Part shown: one piece after another, positions 32,788 through 42,107 of the stretch
How positions within the stretch are numbered: position 1 is the first letter of the stretch
Layout of the letters: each line of letters opens with the position of its first letter
Assembly: GCA_040507895.1 (NCBI GenBank)
Contig: JBEVNX010000174.1
Location: 1-42,107 of the forward strand
Source of the DNA: Candidatus Binatia bacterium
GTDB taxonomy: Bacteria > Desulfobacterota > Binatia > JACPRU01
DNA: 42,107 bases
Direction of reading: 5' to 3'
Made by a program: the position numbers and the translations under genes
Notes under the pieces: generated by a model
The model's database searches: none
The model's input: only the letters and a program-made list of their open reading frames with translations
What the model was told of the DNA's origin: nothing

Positions 32788-34481
32788 ATCTCCATGATGA
32801 ACGGTAGGATCATCGGCCGGCGGTCCAGGCGCTTGTCGAAGAACTTCTTCAACGTGCGACGCACCGATTCCTGGACCGCCACGGGATCGCCCCGCCCCTC
32901 CGGGCTGATCCCCTCGAGCGCCGCCAGGATCGCCGCGCGCGCTTCCTGCAACAGCGGTTGATGCGCGCCTTCGAGGACGAACCCGCGGGACACGAGGTCG
33001 GGGCCGGCGACCACCGCGCCGCTCGTCGGGTGAACGCCGAGGATCGCGAGCACGAGCCCATCCTGCGAGAGATGCCGGCGATCGCGCAGCACCACCTCCT
33101 CGACGTCACCCACTCCCTTGCCGTCGACGAAGACCCGTCCCGCCTCGACGCGCTCTCCTGCCCGCGCTCCGTCGGCTCCGATCACCAACGTCTGGCCGTC
33201 TTCCAGCAGAAAGCAGCGGTCTCGCGCGAGGCCGCTCTCCACCGCCAGCGCTACGTGCTTCACGAGGTGGCGATATTCTCCATGAACCGGCACGAAGTAC
33301 CTGGGCTGCGCGAGCCGCAGCATGAGCCGCAGCTCTTCCTGGCTCGCGTGGCCCGAAACATGAATGTCCGCCGTGCCCTCCCAGAGCACTTCCGCGCCGC
33401 GGCGGCAGAGGTGGTTTACGAGCGAGCTGATCGGTCGCTCGTTCCCGGGGATCACACGCGACGACAGCACGACGACGTCTCCGGGGCCTGCGGCGACCGA
33501 CGGATAGTCGTCGGTCGCGATGCGCGACAGCGCGGAGCGCGGCTCGCCCTGACTTCCGGCCGCGAGCAGCGTCAGCTGCGAGGGGGCGACGTCGCCGAGC
33601 TCGTCGAGGGCGACGAACGCGTCGTCCGACGCGTCGAGCTTGCCGAGCTCGCGCGCGATCTTCACGTTTTGCACCAGGCTCCGGCCGGCGAGCGCCACCT
33701 TGCGGCCGAACCTCAGCGACAGATCGACCACCTGCTGCATGCGGTGGACGTGGGACGCGAACGTCGCCACTATGACCCGGCCCGCGGCCCGCTGGAACGC
33801 GCGCTCGAGACCGCTCCGCACCGCCCGCTCGGACGGGGTCGTGCCGGGACGATCGACGTTCGTCGAATCGGAAAGCAGCAGGAGCATGCCTTCCGCGCCG
33901 ATTTCGGCGAGGCGCGCGAGATCGCAGGTCCGGCCATCGATCGGCGTATGGTCGATCTTGAAGTCGCCGGTATGGACGATCGTGCCGACCGGAGTGCGGA
34001 TCGCGAAGCCCACCGCGTCGACGATCGAGTGGGTCATCTGCAGCGCTTCCACCTCGAAGGGCCCGAGCCGCCAGCGATCGCGCGGCGCGAACGTCGTGCG
34101 GCTTCCTTTGTCGAGCACGTGATGCTCGGCGAGCTTGGCTTCGATGAGCGCCATGGAGAACGGGGTCGCGTAGATCGGCACCTCGCGTTCGCGGAGCAAG
34201 AACGGCAGCGCCCCGATGTGATCTTCGTGACCGTGGGTCACGAGCACCCCGAGCAGTCGGTCGCCGAGCCCGCGGAGGTAGCCGAGGTCGGGAATCATCA
34301 GGTCGATGCCCGGCGTCTCGAGGCTCGGGAACATCACGCCGCAGTCGATCGCCACCGCCGCCTCGACCGCGTCGGTGCCCGCGGCGTACGCCTCGACCAC
34401 GAGAAGATTGAGGCCGATCTCACCGAGCCCGCCGAGGGGGACGATGCGTATCTTGCCCCGAGGCGCGCTCGGCGCGCTCAC
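32784..34481 (-). CDS. rnj: Ribonuclease J (MBL / beta-CASP family)
   Basis: 565 aa. IRIVPLGGLGEIG.N, the HxHxDH motif as THGHEDHIGALPFLL, and the beta-CASP and C-terminal domain pattern. GTG 34481 overlaps the plsC stop (GTGA). Confidence 0.92.
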   Translation of the reverse strand: MSAPSAPRGKIRIVPLGGLGEIGLNLLVVEAYAAGTDAVEAAVAIDCGVMFPSLETPGIDLMIPDLGYLRGLGDRLLGVLVTHGHEDHIGALPFLLREREVPIYATPFSMALIEAKLAEHHVLDKGSRTTFAPRDRWRLGPFEVEALQMTHSIVDAVGFAIRTPVGTIVHTGDFKIDHTPIDGRTCDLARLAEIGAEGMLLLLSDSTNVDRPGTTPSERAVRSGLERAFQRAAGRVIVATFASHVHRMQQVVDLSLRFGRKVALAGRSLVQNVKIARELGKLDASDDAFVALDELGDVAPSQLTLLAAGSQGEPRSALSRIATDDYPSVAAGPGDVVVLSSRVIPGNERPISSLVNHLCRRGAEVLWEGTADIHVSGHASQEELRLMLRLAQPRYFVPVHGEYRHLVKHVALAVESGLARDRCFLLEDGQTLVIGADGARAGERVEAGRVFVDGKGVGDVEEVVLRDRRHLSQDGLVLAILGVHPTSGAVVAGPDLVSRGFVLEGAHQPLLQEARAAILAALEGISPEGRGDPVAVQESVRRTLKKFFDKRLDRRPMILPFIMEM

Positions 34482-35239
34482 GACGTCGCGCTCTCGGATC
34501 GCACGGGTGACGGCTCGGCGCCGTTGCGGACCAACTCGTCCATCGCCTCTCGGACGCTCCGGACGACGCGGTTCTTCTCCTTGACCGGTACGTCCGCCGT
34601 CTCGATCGGCTTGCCGATGCGAACCTCGACGGTGCCGCTCTCGATCCTCCAGCTCTTTTTGGGCAGCACCGCATCGGTGTTGGCCACGATCATCGGCGCG
34701 ATCGGAGTGCCGGTCTCGATCGCCAGCACGAATCCACCCTTCTTGAACGGCAGCAGCTCATCCCCCTCGCCGCGCGTGCCTTCCGGGAACACCATCACCG
34801 AGATGCCGCGGCGGATGCGCTGGCCTGCCACCGCGTAGCTACGCATGGCTTGCACCTTATTGGAGCGGTCGACGATGATGTTGCCGAGCGCTCGCAAGCC
34901 CCAACCGAATATGGGGACCTTGAGCAGCTCTTTCTTGGCCACGAAGCGCAGCTGAAAATCCCGCAGCGCGATGCCGAGAGCGATGATGTCGGCGGCGGAA
35001 CGATGGTTCGACATGAACACGTACTGCCGCGAGCGATCCAGGTTCTCGAGGCCGATCACATTCACGCGCACGCGCGAGACCCAGAGGTTGAACGCCATCC
35101 ACCATTGGGTGACGCGGTAACCGATCTTGCCGTCCTGCTCGAAAAGACAAATGAGGGTGACGGTGCAGCTGGTGATCACCGTGCTGACGATCAGCGCGAG
35201 GACTCGCACCACGTGCACGAAGCGCGCCCGCGACTTCAC
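34478..35239 (-). CDS. plsC: 1-acyl-sn-glycerol-3-phosphate acyltransferase
   Basis: 253 aa from GTG 35239 ([18 protein letters not shown].., a basic stretch plus a TM segment). It carries the HX4D motif NHRSAADI and FPEGTRG. The upstream part of the track ORF would overrun the ssb promoter region. Confidence 0.85.
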   Translation of the reverse strand: MKSRARFVHVVRVLALIVSTVITSCTVTLICLFEQDGKIGYRVTQWWMAFNLWVSRVRVNVIGLENLDRSRQYVFMSNHRSAADIIALGIALRDFQLRFVAKKELLKVPIFGWGLRALGNIIVDRSNKVQAMRSYAVAGQRIRRGISVMVFPEGTRGEGDELLPFKKGGFVLAIETGTPIAPMIVANTDAVLPKKSWRIESGTVEVRIGKPIETADVPVKEKNRVVRSVREAMDELVRNGAEPSPVRSESATS

Positions 35240-35322
35240 TGGCAGACATAGTAGGTTGGGGCTCGCGAGACAGTCAACGTGCCGGGGCGGCAACGTGCTG
35301 TTTCGTGCGCTGGACGGCGAAG

Positions 35323-35350
35323 TTGACACTTCCTTCGAGCGGTGCATACC
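35323..35350 (+). promoter_or_regulatory. Possible sigma70-like promoter for ssb
   Basis: Perfect TTGACA (35323-35328), then a 16-nt spacer and a poor -10, CATACC (35345-35350). SD GGAAGGAG lies at 35362-35369. Confidence 0.2.
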
Positions 35351-35375
35351 TCGCTCAAACCGGAAGGAGCCTCCG

Positions 35376-35792
35376 ATGTCCGTGAACAAAGTCATCTTGG
35401 TCGGCAATCTCGGCCGTGATCCCGAAGTCCGCTTCACCGGAGGCGGCAAGGCCGTCGCAAGGTTCTCCGTCGCCACCTCCGAGGTGTGGAACGACGCGGA
35501 GGGGACGCGCCAAGAGCGCACCGAGTGGCACAACGTGGTGGTGTGGGGAAAGCAGGCGGAGAGCTGCGGGCAATACCTGCAAAAGGGCCGACAGGTCTAC
35601 ATCGAGGGCTCGATCCGCTCACGCCAGTACGACGACAAGGAAGGCAACAAGAAGTACATCACCGAGGTGATCGCGCAGCGCGTGCAATTCCTCGGCGGCG
35701 GCCGCGCGGGCGGCGCTGGAGCACAGCCGAGAGAGTCGAGCGGCGCGGAGCCCGCCCCAGCGCCGGCCGAGGAAGAGGACATCCCCTTCTGA
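35376..35792 (+). CDS. ssb: Single-stranded DNA-binding protein
   Basis: 138 aa. [49 protein letters not shown] is an OB fold. A Gly/Ala-rich linker and an acidic tail, EEEDIPF, follow. Confidence 0.95.
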   Translation: MSVNKVILVGNLGRDPEVRFTGGGKAVARFSVATSEVWNDAEGTRQERTEWHNVVVWGKQAESCGQYLQKGRQVYIEGSIRSRQYDDKEGNKKYITEVIAQRVQFLGGGRAGGAGAQPRESSGAEPAPAPAEEEDIPF

Positions 35793-35807
35793 GGCGCGGG
35801 CCGCGGC

Positions 35808-36647
35808 TCACCATTCTCCGGCGTCGACGAAGCTGAAGTGTCGCTCCGCGCCGACGATCACGTGATCGAGCACGCGGATCCCGACGATCTCTCCAGCCTG
35901 TCGCAAGCGGCGCGTCAGCTCGATGTCCTCGGGACTCGGCGCCGGATCGCCGCTCGGATGGTTATGGGCCAGTATGACCGCCGCCGCCGACTCGCGCACC
36001 GCCGGAGCAAAGACCTCTCGCGGGTGGACCACGGAGGCGGTCAGCGAGCCCTCCGAGATCCGCGCTTCGCGAAGCTTCCGGTGTTTGGCGTCAAGCAGCA
36101 GTACGCAGAAGACCTCCTTGCACAGCGAGCCCAGCCGCGGTCGGAAGTAGTCGAAGACCTCGACGCTGCCCCGGAAGATGCCGCCTCGGTCGACGCGGTG
36201 GTGTGCAGCGCGCCGGCCGAGTTCGAGAGCCGCCGCCAGCGCCGCACCCGAAGCGACCCCGACGCCGGCTTGGCGGGCGAGCTCCGCGACGGTCGCCCGC
36301 GTCAGCCCGGCGATACCCCCGAACGCGCCGAGCAGCCGCCTCCCCTGATCGACGGCGGTCTCGCCGCGAATCCGTCCGGTGCGCAGCACGAGCGCGATGA
36401 GCTCAGCATCGGAGAGCACCTCGGCGCCGTTCTCGAGGATCCGCTCTCGCGGCCGCTCCCCTACAGGCCAGTCCGTGATTCGTCGTCGCACGAAAACGCT
36501 CGCGCGACCGGCGGGTGGCGCGCCAATCTCCCGCTCGTCGGCGGCGGAGTCAAGACCCAAAGGAGAGCCTGTGCGAGGCGTCCCGGCGCGAGCTCTGAGG
36601 TACGCTCCAGCGCGTGGTTTTGGCGACATGTCGCTGGCCACGTGCAC
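35808..36647 (-). CDS. radC: RadC-like JAB/MPN-domain protein
   Basis: ERPRERILENGAEVLSDAELIALVLRTG (HhH region) and the JAMM-like HNHPSGDPAPSPEDIELTRRL. The start is uncertain: in-frame GTG 36491 (MRRRITDWPVGERPRE) would give a typical length. Confidence 0.8.
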   Translation of the reverse strand: MHVASDMSPKPRAGAYLRARAGTPRTGSPLGLDSAADEREIGAPPAGRASVFVRRRITDWPVGERPRERILENGAEVLSDAELIALVLRTGRIRGETAVDQGRRLLGAFGGIAGLTRATVAELARQAGVGVASGAALAAALELGRRAAHHRVDRGGIFRGSVEVFDYFRPRLGSLCKEVFCVLLLDAKHRKLREARISEGSLTASVVHPREVFAPAVRESAAAVILAHNHPSGDPAPSPEDIELTRRLRQAGEIVGIRVLDHVIVGAERHFSFVDAGEW

Positions 36648-36744
36648 TGAAATCGGTTACGCTGCGCGGCGCCCTCGTTGATCCCGCTCGCACCGACGTC
36701 TCGACTCACGTCCGCGGCGCCACCGGAAGGAGAGAAAAGAGCCA

Positions 36745-37458
36745 ATGGAACCGACCGCAGCAGCCACCCCGGTGCTCCCGCATAGCGGGACGATCGCCGA
36801 AGCCCTCAAGGGCTTCACGCTGATCGGCGGCGATTGGGTCCTTTGGATCCTCATCTTCGCCAGCGTTCTCTCGGTCACCGTGATGATCGAGCGGTTGATC
36901 TACTTCTGGCGCAACCGCACGCCAGTCGAGCGCTTCATCGAACCGTTTGCGGAGCGGCTCGGGCGCGACGACCTCAATGGCGCCGCCGCGCTCGCCGATG
37001 TCACCAAGGGCGCGGAGGCTCGCATCGCCAAGGTCGCGCTCGCGCACTTCGACGAGGGGGAACAAGCCGTCGAGCAGATGATGGCGAGCCGCAAGGTCGC
37101 CGAGCGCCTGCGCTTCGAGCGCTACCTCATGATCCTCGGCACCATGGGCAACAATGCGCCGTTCTTCGGTCTGTTCGGCACGGTGCTCGGCATCATCAAG
37201 GCGTTTCACGAGCTCGGACAGGCTGGCAGTAACGCGGCCGGCGCCACCACCGTGATGAGCGGCATCTCCGAGGCGCTGGTCGCCACCGCGATGGGACTGC
37301 TCGTCGCGATCCCGGCCGTGATCGCCTACAACTACTTCAACAAGAAGGTGAGGGAATTCGCGGCGAACGCCGAGACCGTCGAGCGCATCATCCTCGCACA
37401 CCTCAAGGCCGGGCCGCGCGTCGAGCCCAGGGTGCGCGCGCGCCGGGAGAACGCCTGA
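36745..37458 (+). CDS. exbB: MotA/TolQ/ExbB-family proton channel protein
   Basis: 237 aa with SD GGAAGGAGAG. It has three TM segments and the conserved LGTMGNNAPFFGLFGTVLGIIKAF .. ISEALVATAMGLLVAIPAVIAYN. Confidence 0.85.
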   Translation: MEPTAAATPVLPHSGTIAEALKGFTLIGGDWVLWILIFASVLSVTVMIERLIYFWRNRTPVERFIEPFAERLGRDDLNGAAALADVTKGAEARIAKVALAHFDEGEQAVEQMMASRKVAERLRFERYLMILGTMGNNAPFFGLFGTVLGIIKAFHELGQAGSNAAGATTVMSGISEALVATAMGLLVAIPAVIAYNYFNKKVREFAANAETVERIILAHLKAGPRVEPRVRARRENA

Positions 37459-37460
37459 CC

Positions 37461-37871
37461 ATGGCGGGGTCTTCTCAAGACGACGACGATATGATCACCG
37501 GCATCAACGTCACACCTCTCGTCGACGTCACGTTGGTGCTGCTGATCATCTTCATGGTGACGGCGAGCTTCATCGTCGCGCCCGCCGTGAAGGTGGAGCT
37601 GCCGCAAGTCTCGAAGGCGGACACGCCGCCTGCTCGGAGCCTTCAATTCCTGGTCGATCCGGCCGGTGCGGTCTACCTCAACGGCAAGCGCGTCGAGGAA
37701 TCGGCGGTGCTCGGGCTCGTGCAGAAGGAAGTCGCTGCCAACGCGGACGTGCAGGTTCTCGTCAGTGCGGACAAGAAGGTGTCGTACGGCGAAGTGATCC
37801 GCCTGCTCGATATCGTGCGCTCCGGTGGGGTCAAGAAATTCGCCATCTCGGTCGAGATGCGCAAAGGCTAA
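37461..37871 (+). CDS. exbD: ExbD/TolR-family biopolymer transport protein
   Basis: 136 aa. INVTPLVDVTLVLLIIFMV and a periplasmic domain (..VLVSADKKVSYGEVIRLLDIVRSGG). The ATG lies 2 nt after the exbB stop. Confidence 0.85.
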   Translation: MAGSSQDDDDMITGINVTPLVDVTLVLLIIFMVTASFIVAPAVKVELPQVSKADTPPARSLQFLVDPAGAVYLNGKRVEESAVLGLVQKEVAANADVQVLVSADKKVSYGEVIRLLDIVRSGGVKKFAISVEMRKG

Positions 37872-38708
37872 GTGCCTCGAGAGGTGGCTGCCGCTGCGTT
37901 GAGGTCCGGCGGTGACAGTCCGGCTCCCCGTCGGACGCTGGCGTTCTCGCTCTCGCTGCTGATTCATTTCGCTTTCGCGCTTCTGATCCTCGGGGCCGTC
38001 CGGAGGGACGTTGCATCTCCGCCGCTCGAGATCGCGATCATCGAAGGCTCGGGGGGGAGGCCTTCGATGCAGTCCGGCGAGGAACACGCCGATGCCGGAC
38101 CGCTCGCACCGTCCCGTGCCGCGGGCAAGCCCGTCGAGGCGCCGGCTGCTCAGAGCGCCAAGGCACTCTCGCGGCCGAGGGCGATGCCGAAGCCTGTCGC
38201 GCGGCCCGCCGTGGAGGACGAACGGATGGCCGCGTCCCCCGAAGCGATCTCCACGCCGACGACGCCGGCATTCGCAGGCGCGCTGTCGAACGCCACGCAC
38301 GACCGGGAGCCGACCGATGAGGCCACGACGACGCGACCTGTGGACGGAGGCGGCGGAGCGAGCGCGGGCGGTGATGGCGACGCCGCGCGTGCCCCCGGGT
38401 TCTCGGTATCTGGCGGGGGCCGCAGCTACGCGTCCATTTGGCACGGGACCCAACGCTACCTCGCGGGGCTTCGCTGGGCTTACAACAACGAGCTCCGCAC
38501 CAACTCCGCTCTGCGCGGCGTGATCGTCGTGCGCTACGAGATCTTCGCCGACGGAGCCGTGGGCGACGTGGCGATGGTGTCGAGCCAGCTGCGGGCACCA
38601 CGCCTCGAGCAACAAGTGCTGAGCCAAATCCGCGATTGGCGCTACCCGCCGGAACCGTCCGGCACCGTCATCGTGACGTGGCCGTTCTCCTTCCTGCCGC
38701 CGCGCTGA
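37872..38708 (+). CDS. tonB: TonB-family energy transducer
   Basis: The GTG follows the exbD TAA directly. There is a TM anchor (LAFSLSLLIHFAFALLILG), a Pro/Ala-rich spacer, and a C-terminal TonB-like domain (..GVIVVRYEIFADGAVGDV..WRYPPEPSGTVIVTWPFSF). Confidence 0.7.
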   Translation: MPREVAAAALRSGGDSPAPRRTLAFSLSLLIHFAFALLILGAVRRDVASPPLEIAIIEGSGGRPSMQSGEEHADAGPLAPSRAAGKPVEAPAAQSAKALSRPRAMPKPVARPAVEDERMAASPEAISTPTTPAFAGALSNATHDREPTDEATTTRPVDGGGGASAGGDGDAARAPGFSVSGGGRSYASIWHGTQRYLAGLRWAYNNELRTNSALRGVIVVRYEIFADGAVGDVAMVSSQLRAPRLEQQVLSQIRDWRYPPEPSGTVIVTWPFSFLPPR

Positions 38709-38770
38709 CGAGTCGAATTCCACGCGGGCTTGGATTCGGCTCCGCCTCGGAGAGGTGCCGCCTAGCTCTC

Positions 38771-39277
38771 CTATCGAGCCAGCCTTCGCTCCCACGTCCC
38801 GCTCTTCCCGCCGCTCTTTCGCATGAGGCGAATGCGCCCGATCGTCATCCCCCGATCCATGCTCTTGGCCATGTCGTAGACCGTCAGGCACGCCACGGCG
38901 ACCGCGGTGAGCGCTTCCATCTCCACGCCCGTCTTCGCTTCGACCCGCACTCGCGCCTCGACGGCGATGCTCGACCGCGCGGGATCGGGCGCGAGCTCGA
39001 GCGCAATGGCTTCGATCGGCAGCGGATGGCAGAGAGGAATCAGCTCGTGGGCGCGCTTGGCGGCGAGAATGCCCGCGACACGCGCGACCGCCAGCACGTC
39101 TCCCTTTTTCGTCCGGCCGCCGGCGATCGCGCGCAGCGTGGCGGCCTTCATCCTGACCTCCCCGCGCGCCACGGCCTCGCGAACCGTCACCGGCTTACCG
39201 CCGACGTTCACCATCCGTGCGCGACCGCGCCCGTCGAGGTGACTGAGCCTCGTCCTAGCTTGCATGAGCGACGCCAT
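38771..39277 (-). CDS. moaC: Cyclic pyranopterin monophosphate synthase accessory protein MoaC
   Basis: [52 protein letters not shown] and [10 protein letters not shown] are canonical. Start is ATG 39277 or ATG 39265. Confidence 0.9.
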   Translation of the reverse strand: MASLMQARTRLSHLDGRGRARMVNVGGKPVTVREAVARGEVRMKAATLRAIAGGRTKKGDVLAVARVAGILAAKRAHELIPLCHPLPIEAIALELAPDPARSSIAVEARVRVEAKTGVEMEALTAVAVACLTVYDMAKSMDRGMTIGRIRLMRKSGGKSGTWERRLAR

Positions 39278-39293
39278 ACCCTATAGAGGGCCG

Positions 39294-40241
39294 ATGGCCA
39301 CCGACAAGGAGCAGTGGAACCTGGTGATCCTGGGCTCGGGGCCGGCGGGCTTGACCGCCGCGCTCTACGCGTCGCGGGCCAATCTCGAGCCGCTGGTGAT
39401 CGCCGGCTCGCAGCCCGGCGGACAGCTGACGATCACCACCGAAGTCGAGAACTACCCGGGCTTCCCCGACGGCCTCCTCGGGCCCGAGATGATGGAGCTC
39501 TTTCACAAGCAAGCGGAGCGATTCGGAACGAGCTTCGAATCCGGCGACACGACCCGCATCGATCTTTCCGCTCGCCCGTTCCACATTCAGCTCGGCGACC
39601 GATCGCTGCGCGCCGCCGCGCTCGTCGTCGCGACCGGAGCGTCCGCCAAGCTCCTCGGCATCGAATCCGAGAAGCGCCTGATGGGCTACGGCGTCTCGGC
39701 GTGCGCCACGTGCGACGGTTTCTTCTTCAAGGACAAGGCGGTGCTGGTCGTCGGCGGCGGGGACACCGCGATGGAGGAGGCGAACTTCCTCACTAAGTTC
39801 GCCTCCAAGGTCACGGTCGTGCACCGGCGCGACGCGCTGCGCGCATCGAAGATCATGCAAGACCGCGCCCGGCGCAATTCGAAGATCGACTTCGTCTGGA
39901 ACGCGAGCCTTGCCGAGATCCATGGGGATGCCAAGCAAGGCGGGGTGACCGGTGTCACGCTCGTCGACACCCGCGACGGCTCGAAGCGAGAGCAAGCCTG
40001 CGACGGCGTTTTCATCGCCATAGGGCACGAGCCGAATACGCAGCTGTTCCGCAGCCAGCTCGAGATGGACGAGCGTGGCTACATCCTGACCCGGGGAAAG
40101 ACGACGCAGACCAACGTCGCCGGCGTCTTCGCGTGCGGCGACGCGCAAGACCCGAGCTATCGCCAGGCGGTCACCGCGGCGGGAACGGGGTGCATGGCGG
40201 CGATCGACGCGGAACGCTTCCTCGAGGCAGCGGGACACTAG
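39294..40241 (+). CDS. trxB: Thioredoxin-disulfide reductase
   Basis: [31 protein letters not shown], the redox-active [18 protein letters not shown] and [10 protein letters not shown] 39294 is preferred over ATG 39264 by N-terminal similarity to E. coli TrxB. Confidence 0.93.
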   Translation: MATDKEQWNLVILGSGPAGLTAALYASRANLEPLVIAGSQPGGQLTITTEVENYPGFPDGLLGPEMMELFHKQAERFGTSFESGDTTRIDLSARPFHIQLGDRSLRAAALVVATGASAKLLGIESEKRLMGYGVSACATCDGFFFKDKAVLVVGGGDTAMEEANFLTKFASKVTVVHRRDALRASKIMQDRARRNSKIDFVWNASLAEIHGDAKQGGVTGVTLVDTRDGSKREQACDGVFIAIGHEPNTQLFRSQLEMDERGYILTRGKTTQTNVAGVFACGDAQDPSYRQAVTAAGTGCMAAIDAERFLEAAGH

Positions 40242-40433
40242 CCGAGCCTCAAGGTTTGAGGATCCTGGAAGGAAGCCACCGGGGAAGGTCGGCCAGGGTC
40301 GCTTGGGTCCGGACTCGCCGCGGGCCCATCTCGCAGAGCCCACTCTGCCGAGCGGGTACGCTCACCTCGGAGCAGCTGACTGTTCGAAGCCACGGCGGCG
40401 ACCCTCGCCGAGTCCACCCCCTTGGCGCTGCGG

Positions 40434-41771
40434 TCATGCCTTGACGATTTTGTCCCGACCCTGACGAACGCTCTTCGTGGCGTTGCGGGTATCGACGACG
40501 CACCGCGCGTGCTGCACGATCCAATCGTAGTCGTAGGCCGTGTGATCGGTGGCGATCAGCACACAGTCCGCCTCCGCCACCAGGGACTCCGTCAGCTCGA
40601 CGGAGTCCAGCTCGAACGTCTCGTAGTGTCGGAGCTTGCGGGCGCGCAGGCTCGGCACGTAGGGATCGTTGTAGCTCACCTCCGCCCCGCGCGACTCCAG
40701 AATTTCGATCACCTTGAGCGACGGCGATTCCCGCAGATCGTCCACGTCCTTCTTGTAGGCCATGCCCAGCACCAACACCTTCGCTCCGTTGATCGCCTTG
40801 CCCCCTTGGTTGAGCGCCTCCACCACCTTCTCCACCACCCAGTAAGGCATCCCCGTGTTCACCTCACCCGCCAGCTCGATGAAGCGCGTGGAGAAGTCGT
40901 AGTGGCGTGCCTTCCACGTCAGATAGAAGGGATCGATCGGGATGCAGTGCCCCCCGAGCCCCGGCCCGGGGTAGAAGGGGGTGAACCCAAAGGGCTTGGT
41001 TCCCGCCGCCTCGATCACCTCCCAGACGTCGATCCCCATCCGTTCGAACAGCATCTTCAGTTCGTTCACGAGCGCGATGTTGATCGAACGGTAGATGTTC
41101 TCGAGCAGCTTCGCGGACTCGGCCACGCGTGCGCTCGACACCACCACGACCTTCTCGAGAAAGCTTCCGTACAGCGCTCGGGCGACTTCCCCGCACTCCG
41201 CGGTCACACCGCCGACGAGCTTGGGGATCGACTTGGTGTTGAAGCGCGGGTTGCCGGGGTCCTCCCGCTCGGGCGAGAAGGCTAGATGATAGTCTCGCCC
41301 CACCCGTAGGCCGCCCCGCTCCAGGATCGGCTGCATCACTTCCTCGGTGGTGCCTGGATAGGTCGTGCTCTCGAGGACCACTAGCTGCCCCGGCCGCAGG
41401 TGCTCGGCGATGGTTTCGGCAGTCTTGCTGACGTAGCTGAGGTCCGGCTCGCGACCTTCGGTGAGCGGCGTCGGCACGCAGACGATGACCGCGTCGCAGC
41501 CTTCGAGCGCGCGGAAGTCCGAGGTCGCGCGGAAGCGCTCGCCGGCGGCGACGATGCGAGAGGCGGCGATGTGACGGATGTAGCTCTGACCGGCCCCTAG
41601 TCGCTCCACCTTCGCGCCGTCGACGTCCAGCCCCACCACTCGCTTGCCCGCTTCGACCATCGTCAGCGCGAGCGGAAGCCCCACGTAACCCAGCCCGATC
41701 ACGCCGACCGTGGCGCGATTCGAGGCGAGCCGTTGCTTCAGTTCGTCGGCTTGACCCATCTTCACGTTCAC
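40434..41771 (-). CDS. Nucleotide-sugar dehydrogenase (UDP-GlcNAc/UDP-ManNAc 6-dehydrogenase-like)
   Basis: VGVIGLGYVGLPLAL (NAD-binding), GPGLGGHCIPIDPFYL (catalytic Cys region) and VLVLGMAYKKDVDDLRESP. Start is GTG 41771 or ATG 41759, the latter with an AGGTGA SD. Confidence 0.88.
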   Translation of the reverse strand: MNVKMGQADELKQRLASNRATVGVIGLGYVGLPLALTMVEAGKRVVGLDVDGAKVERLGAGQSYIRHIAASRIVAAGERFRATSDFRALEGCDAVIVCVPTPLTEGREPDLSYVSKTAETIAEHLRPGQLVVLESTTYPGTTEEVMQPILERGGLRVGRDYHLAFSPEREDPGNPRFNTKSIPKLVGGVTAECGEVARALYGSFLEKVVVVSSARVAESAKLLENIYRSINIALVNELKMLFERMGIDVWEVIEAAGTKPFGFTPFYPGPGLGGHCIPIDPFYLTWKARHYDFSTRFIELAGEVNTGMPYWVVEKVVEALNQGGKAINGAKVLVLGMAYKKDVDDLRESPSLKVIEILESRGAEVSYNDPYVPSLRARKLRHYETFELDSVELTESLVAEADCVLIATDHTAYDYDWIVQHARCVVDTRNATKSVRQGRDKIVKA

Positions 41772-41896
41772 CTGCCTTTCGAGCTGCTGACCGCGCTAGT
41801 TTGCCTGAAGAGTGCCGCCGCACGAAACGAGCCTCGGCGACCCCTCTTGGCCGCTGCCTCTCTGGGCTGCGAACAGGTAGGGAACGTGAGCGTTGC

Positions 41897-42107
41897 TCAC
41901 CGCTTTCGATTCATCTGACCGAGCGCTGGTCCTGAGGCCTCCCCCGAGCGACTCGAGAGTGCTCCTAGAGAGCTGAGCTCGTCCACCTCCGCGCGCCACG
42001 GCACGCTGACGTCGCCGGGTGCGAAGCTCGGCATCTCGGCGCACGCGGTCTCGAGCAGCTCCTCGACCAAGCCCCGGCGTCCCGCGATCGCGGCCGAGCA
42101 GATCGCG
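41897..42107 (-). CDS. 3' end of an unidentified CDS entering from beyond the window
   Basis: The minus-strand frame is open from the window edge to TGA (41899-41897). It has high GC3 and a non-repetitive translation (..GLVEELLETACAEMPSFAPGDVSVPWRAEVDEL..). No family recognised and it is not in the ORF track. Confidence 0.3.
   Translation of the reverse strand, partial: AICSAAIAGRRGLVEELLETACAEMPSFAPGDVSVPWRAEVDELSSLGALSSRSGEASGPALGQMNRKR

Noticed and set aside
32958-34838. 626-aa plus-strand ORF antisense to RNase J and plsC.
   Set aside because: It has no recognisable motifs and Arg/Glu/His/Asp-rich shadow composition. The opposite strand encodes canonical RNase J.
35808-36647. RadC/JAB protein as a possible marker of a mobile element or anti-defence locus.
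   Set aside because: It is flanked by ssb, plsC and exbB-exbD-tonB. There is no integrase, recombinase, repeat or compositional break, so it looks like the ordinary chromosomal radC.
36745-38708. ExbB-ExbD-TonB read as a Tol-Pal system or as part of a receptor island.
   Set aside because: No tolA-like long helical domain, tolB, pal or TonB-dependent receptor follows; the next gene is a convergent moaC. The third gene has TonB-like features: a Pro-rich spacer and a short C-terminal domain.
37332-38891. 519-aa minus-strand ORF antisense to exbD/tonB.
   Set aside because: Shadow ORF composition. The plus strand has an ExbB-ExbD-TonB series with proper TM segments, SD sites and tight coupling.
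40247-40348. Small hairpins in the convergent trxB / dehydrogenase spacer: CCTCAA-GGT-TTGAGG at 40247-40261 and GCAGAG-CCCA-CTCTGC at 40333-40348. I also considered whether the 192-nt spacer hides an RNA gene.
   Set aside because: The stems are only 6 bp with no U-tracts. I see no tRNA cloverleaf or known riboswitch or sRNA signature. They may be weak terminators but are not supportable as features.
1-42107. Scan for CRISPR arrays, tandem or interspersed repeats, IS elements, integrases, toxin-antitoxin pairs, restriction-modification or other defence genes, and tRNA/rRNA genes.
   Set aside because: None was found by eye on either strand. The only repeat-like elements are short hairpins and palindromes listed elsewhere. 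A computational repeat and tRNA scan (e.g. tRNAscan-SE, a CRISPR finder, self-dotplot) is needed to confirm their absence.

Overview
High-GC bacterial chromosomal segment (about two-thirds G+C by eye) carrying about 45 protein-coding genes. I recognised no rRNA, tRNA, CRISPR array, transposase, integrase or phage gene. The ftsK-lolA adjacency, a TolC/CusCBA-type tripartite efflux pump, ExbB-ExbD-TonB and an SSB ending in DIPF point to a diderm, proteobacterium- or myxobacterium-like organism. Closer placement needs a database search. Most genes are housekeeping: folE, thrB, nth, glpD, queE, glycerate kinase, rimO, queG, ftsK, lolA, RNase J, plsC, ssb, radC, moaC, trxB and a nucleotide-sugar dehydrogenase. 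All family calls come from motifs read in the translations and recalled from memory, not from searches. The six-frame track is full of long Arg/Ala/Pro-rich shadow ORFs typical of high-GC DNA. I kept only frames with family signatures or clearly high third-position G+C, and several starts were moved to internal GTG/ATG codons. I see no convincing defence island or mobile element, so this looks like an ordinary core region with a few unexplained details. The main ones are: (1) a secreted 7-Cys mini-protein (CC-x3-C-x7-C-x3-CC) directly upstream of a Cu/Ag-type cusCBA operon, separated from cusC by a hairpin plus T-run; (2) an unassigned basic/ribbon-helix-helix-like ORF between RNase J and ftsK that contains an AT-rich island with a sigma54-like -24/-12 motif; (3) a tightly packed dodecin / MBL hydrolase / small ORF / PAC2 / O-methyltransferase cluster; (4) a coiled-coil protein with tandem degenerate receiver-like domains; (5) a DUF4124-like gene whose signal-peptide region is interrupted by an in-frame TAA; (6) a visibly lower-GC, Lys-rich thrB gene with its own near-consensus sigma70 promoter.
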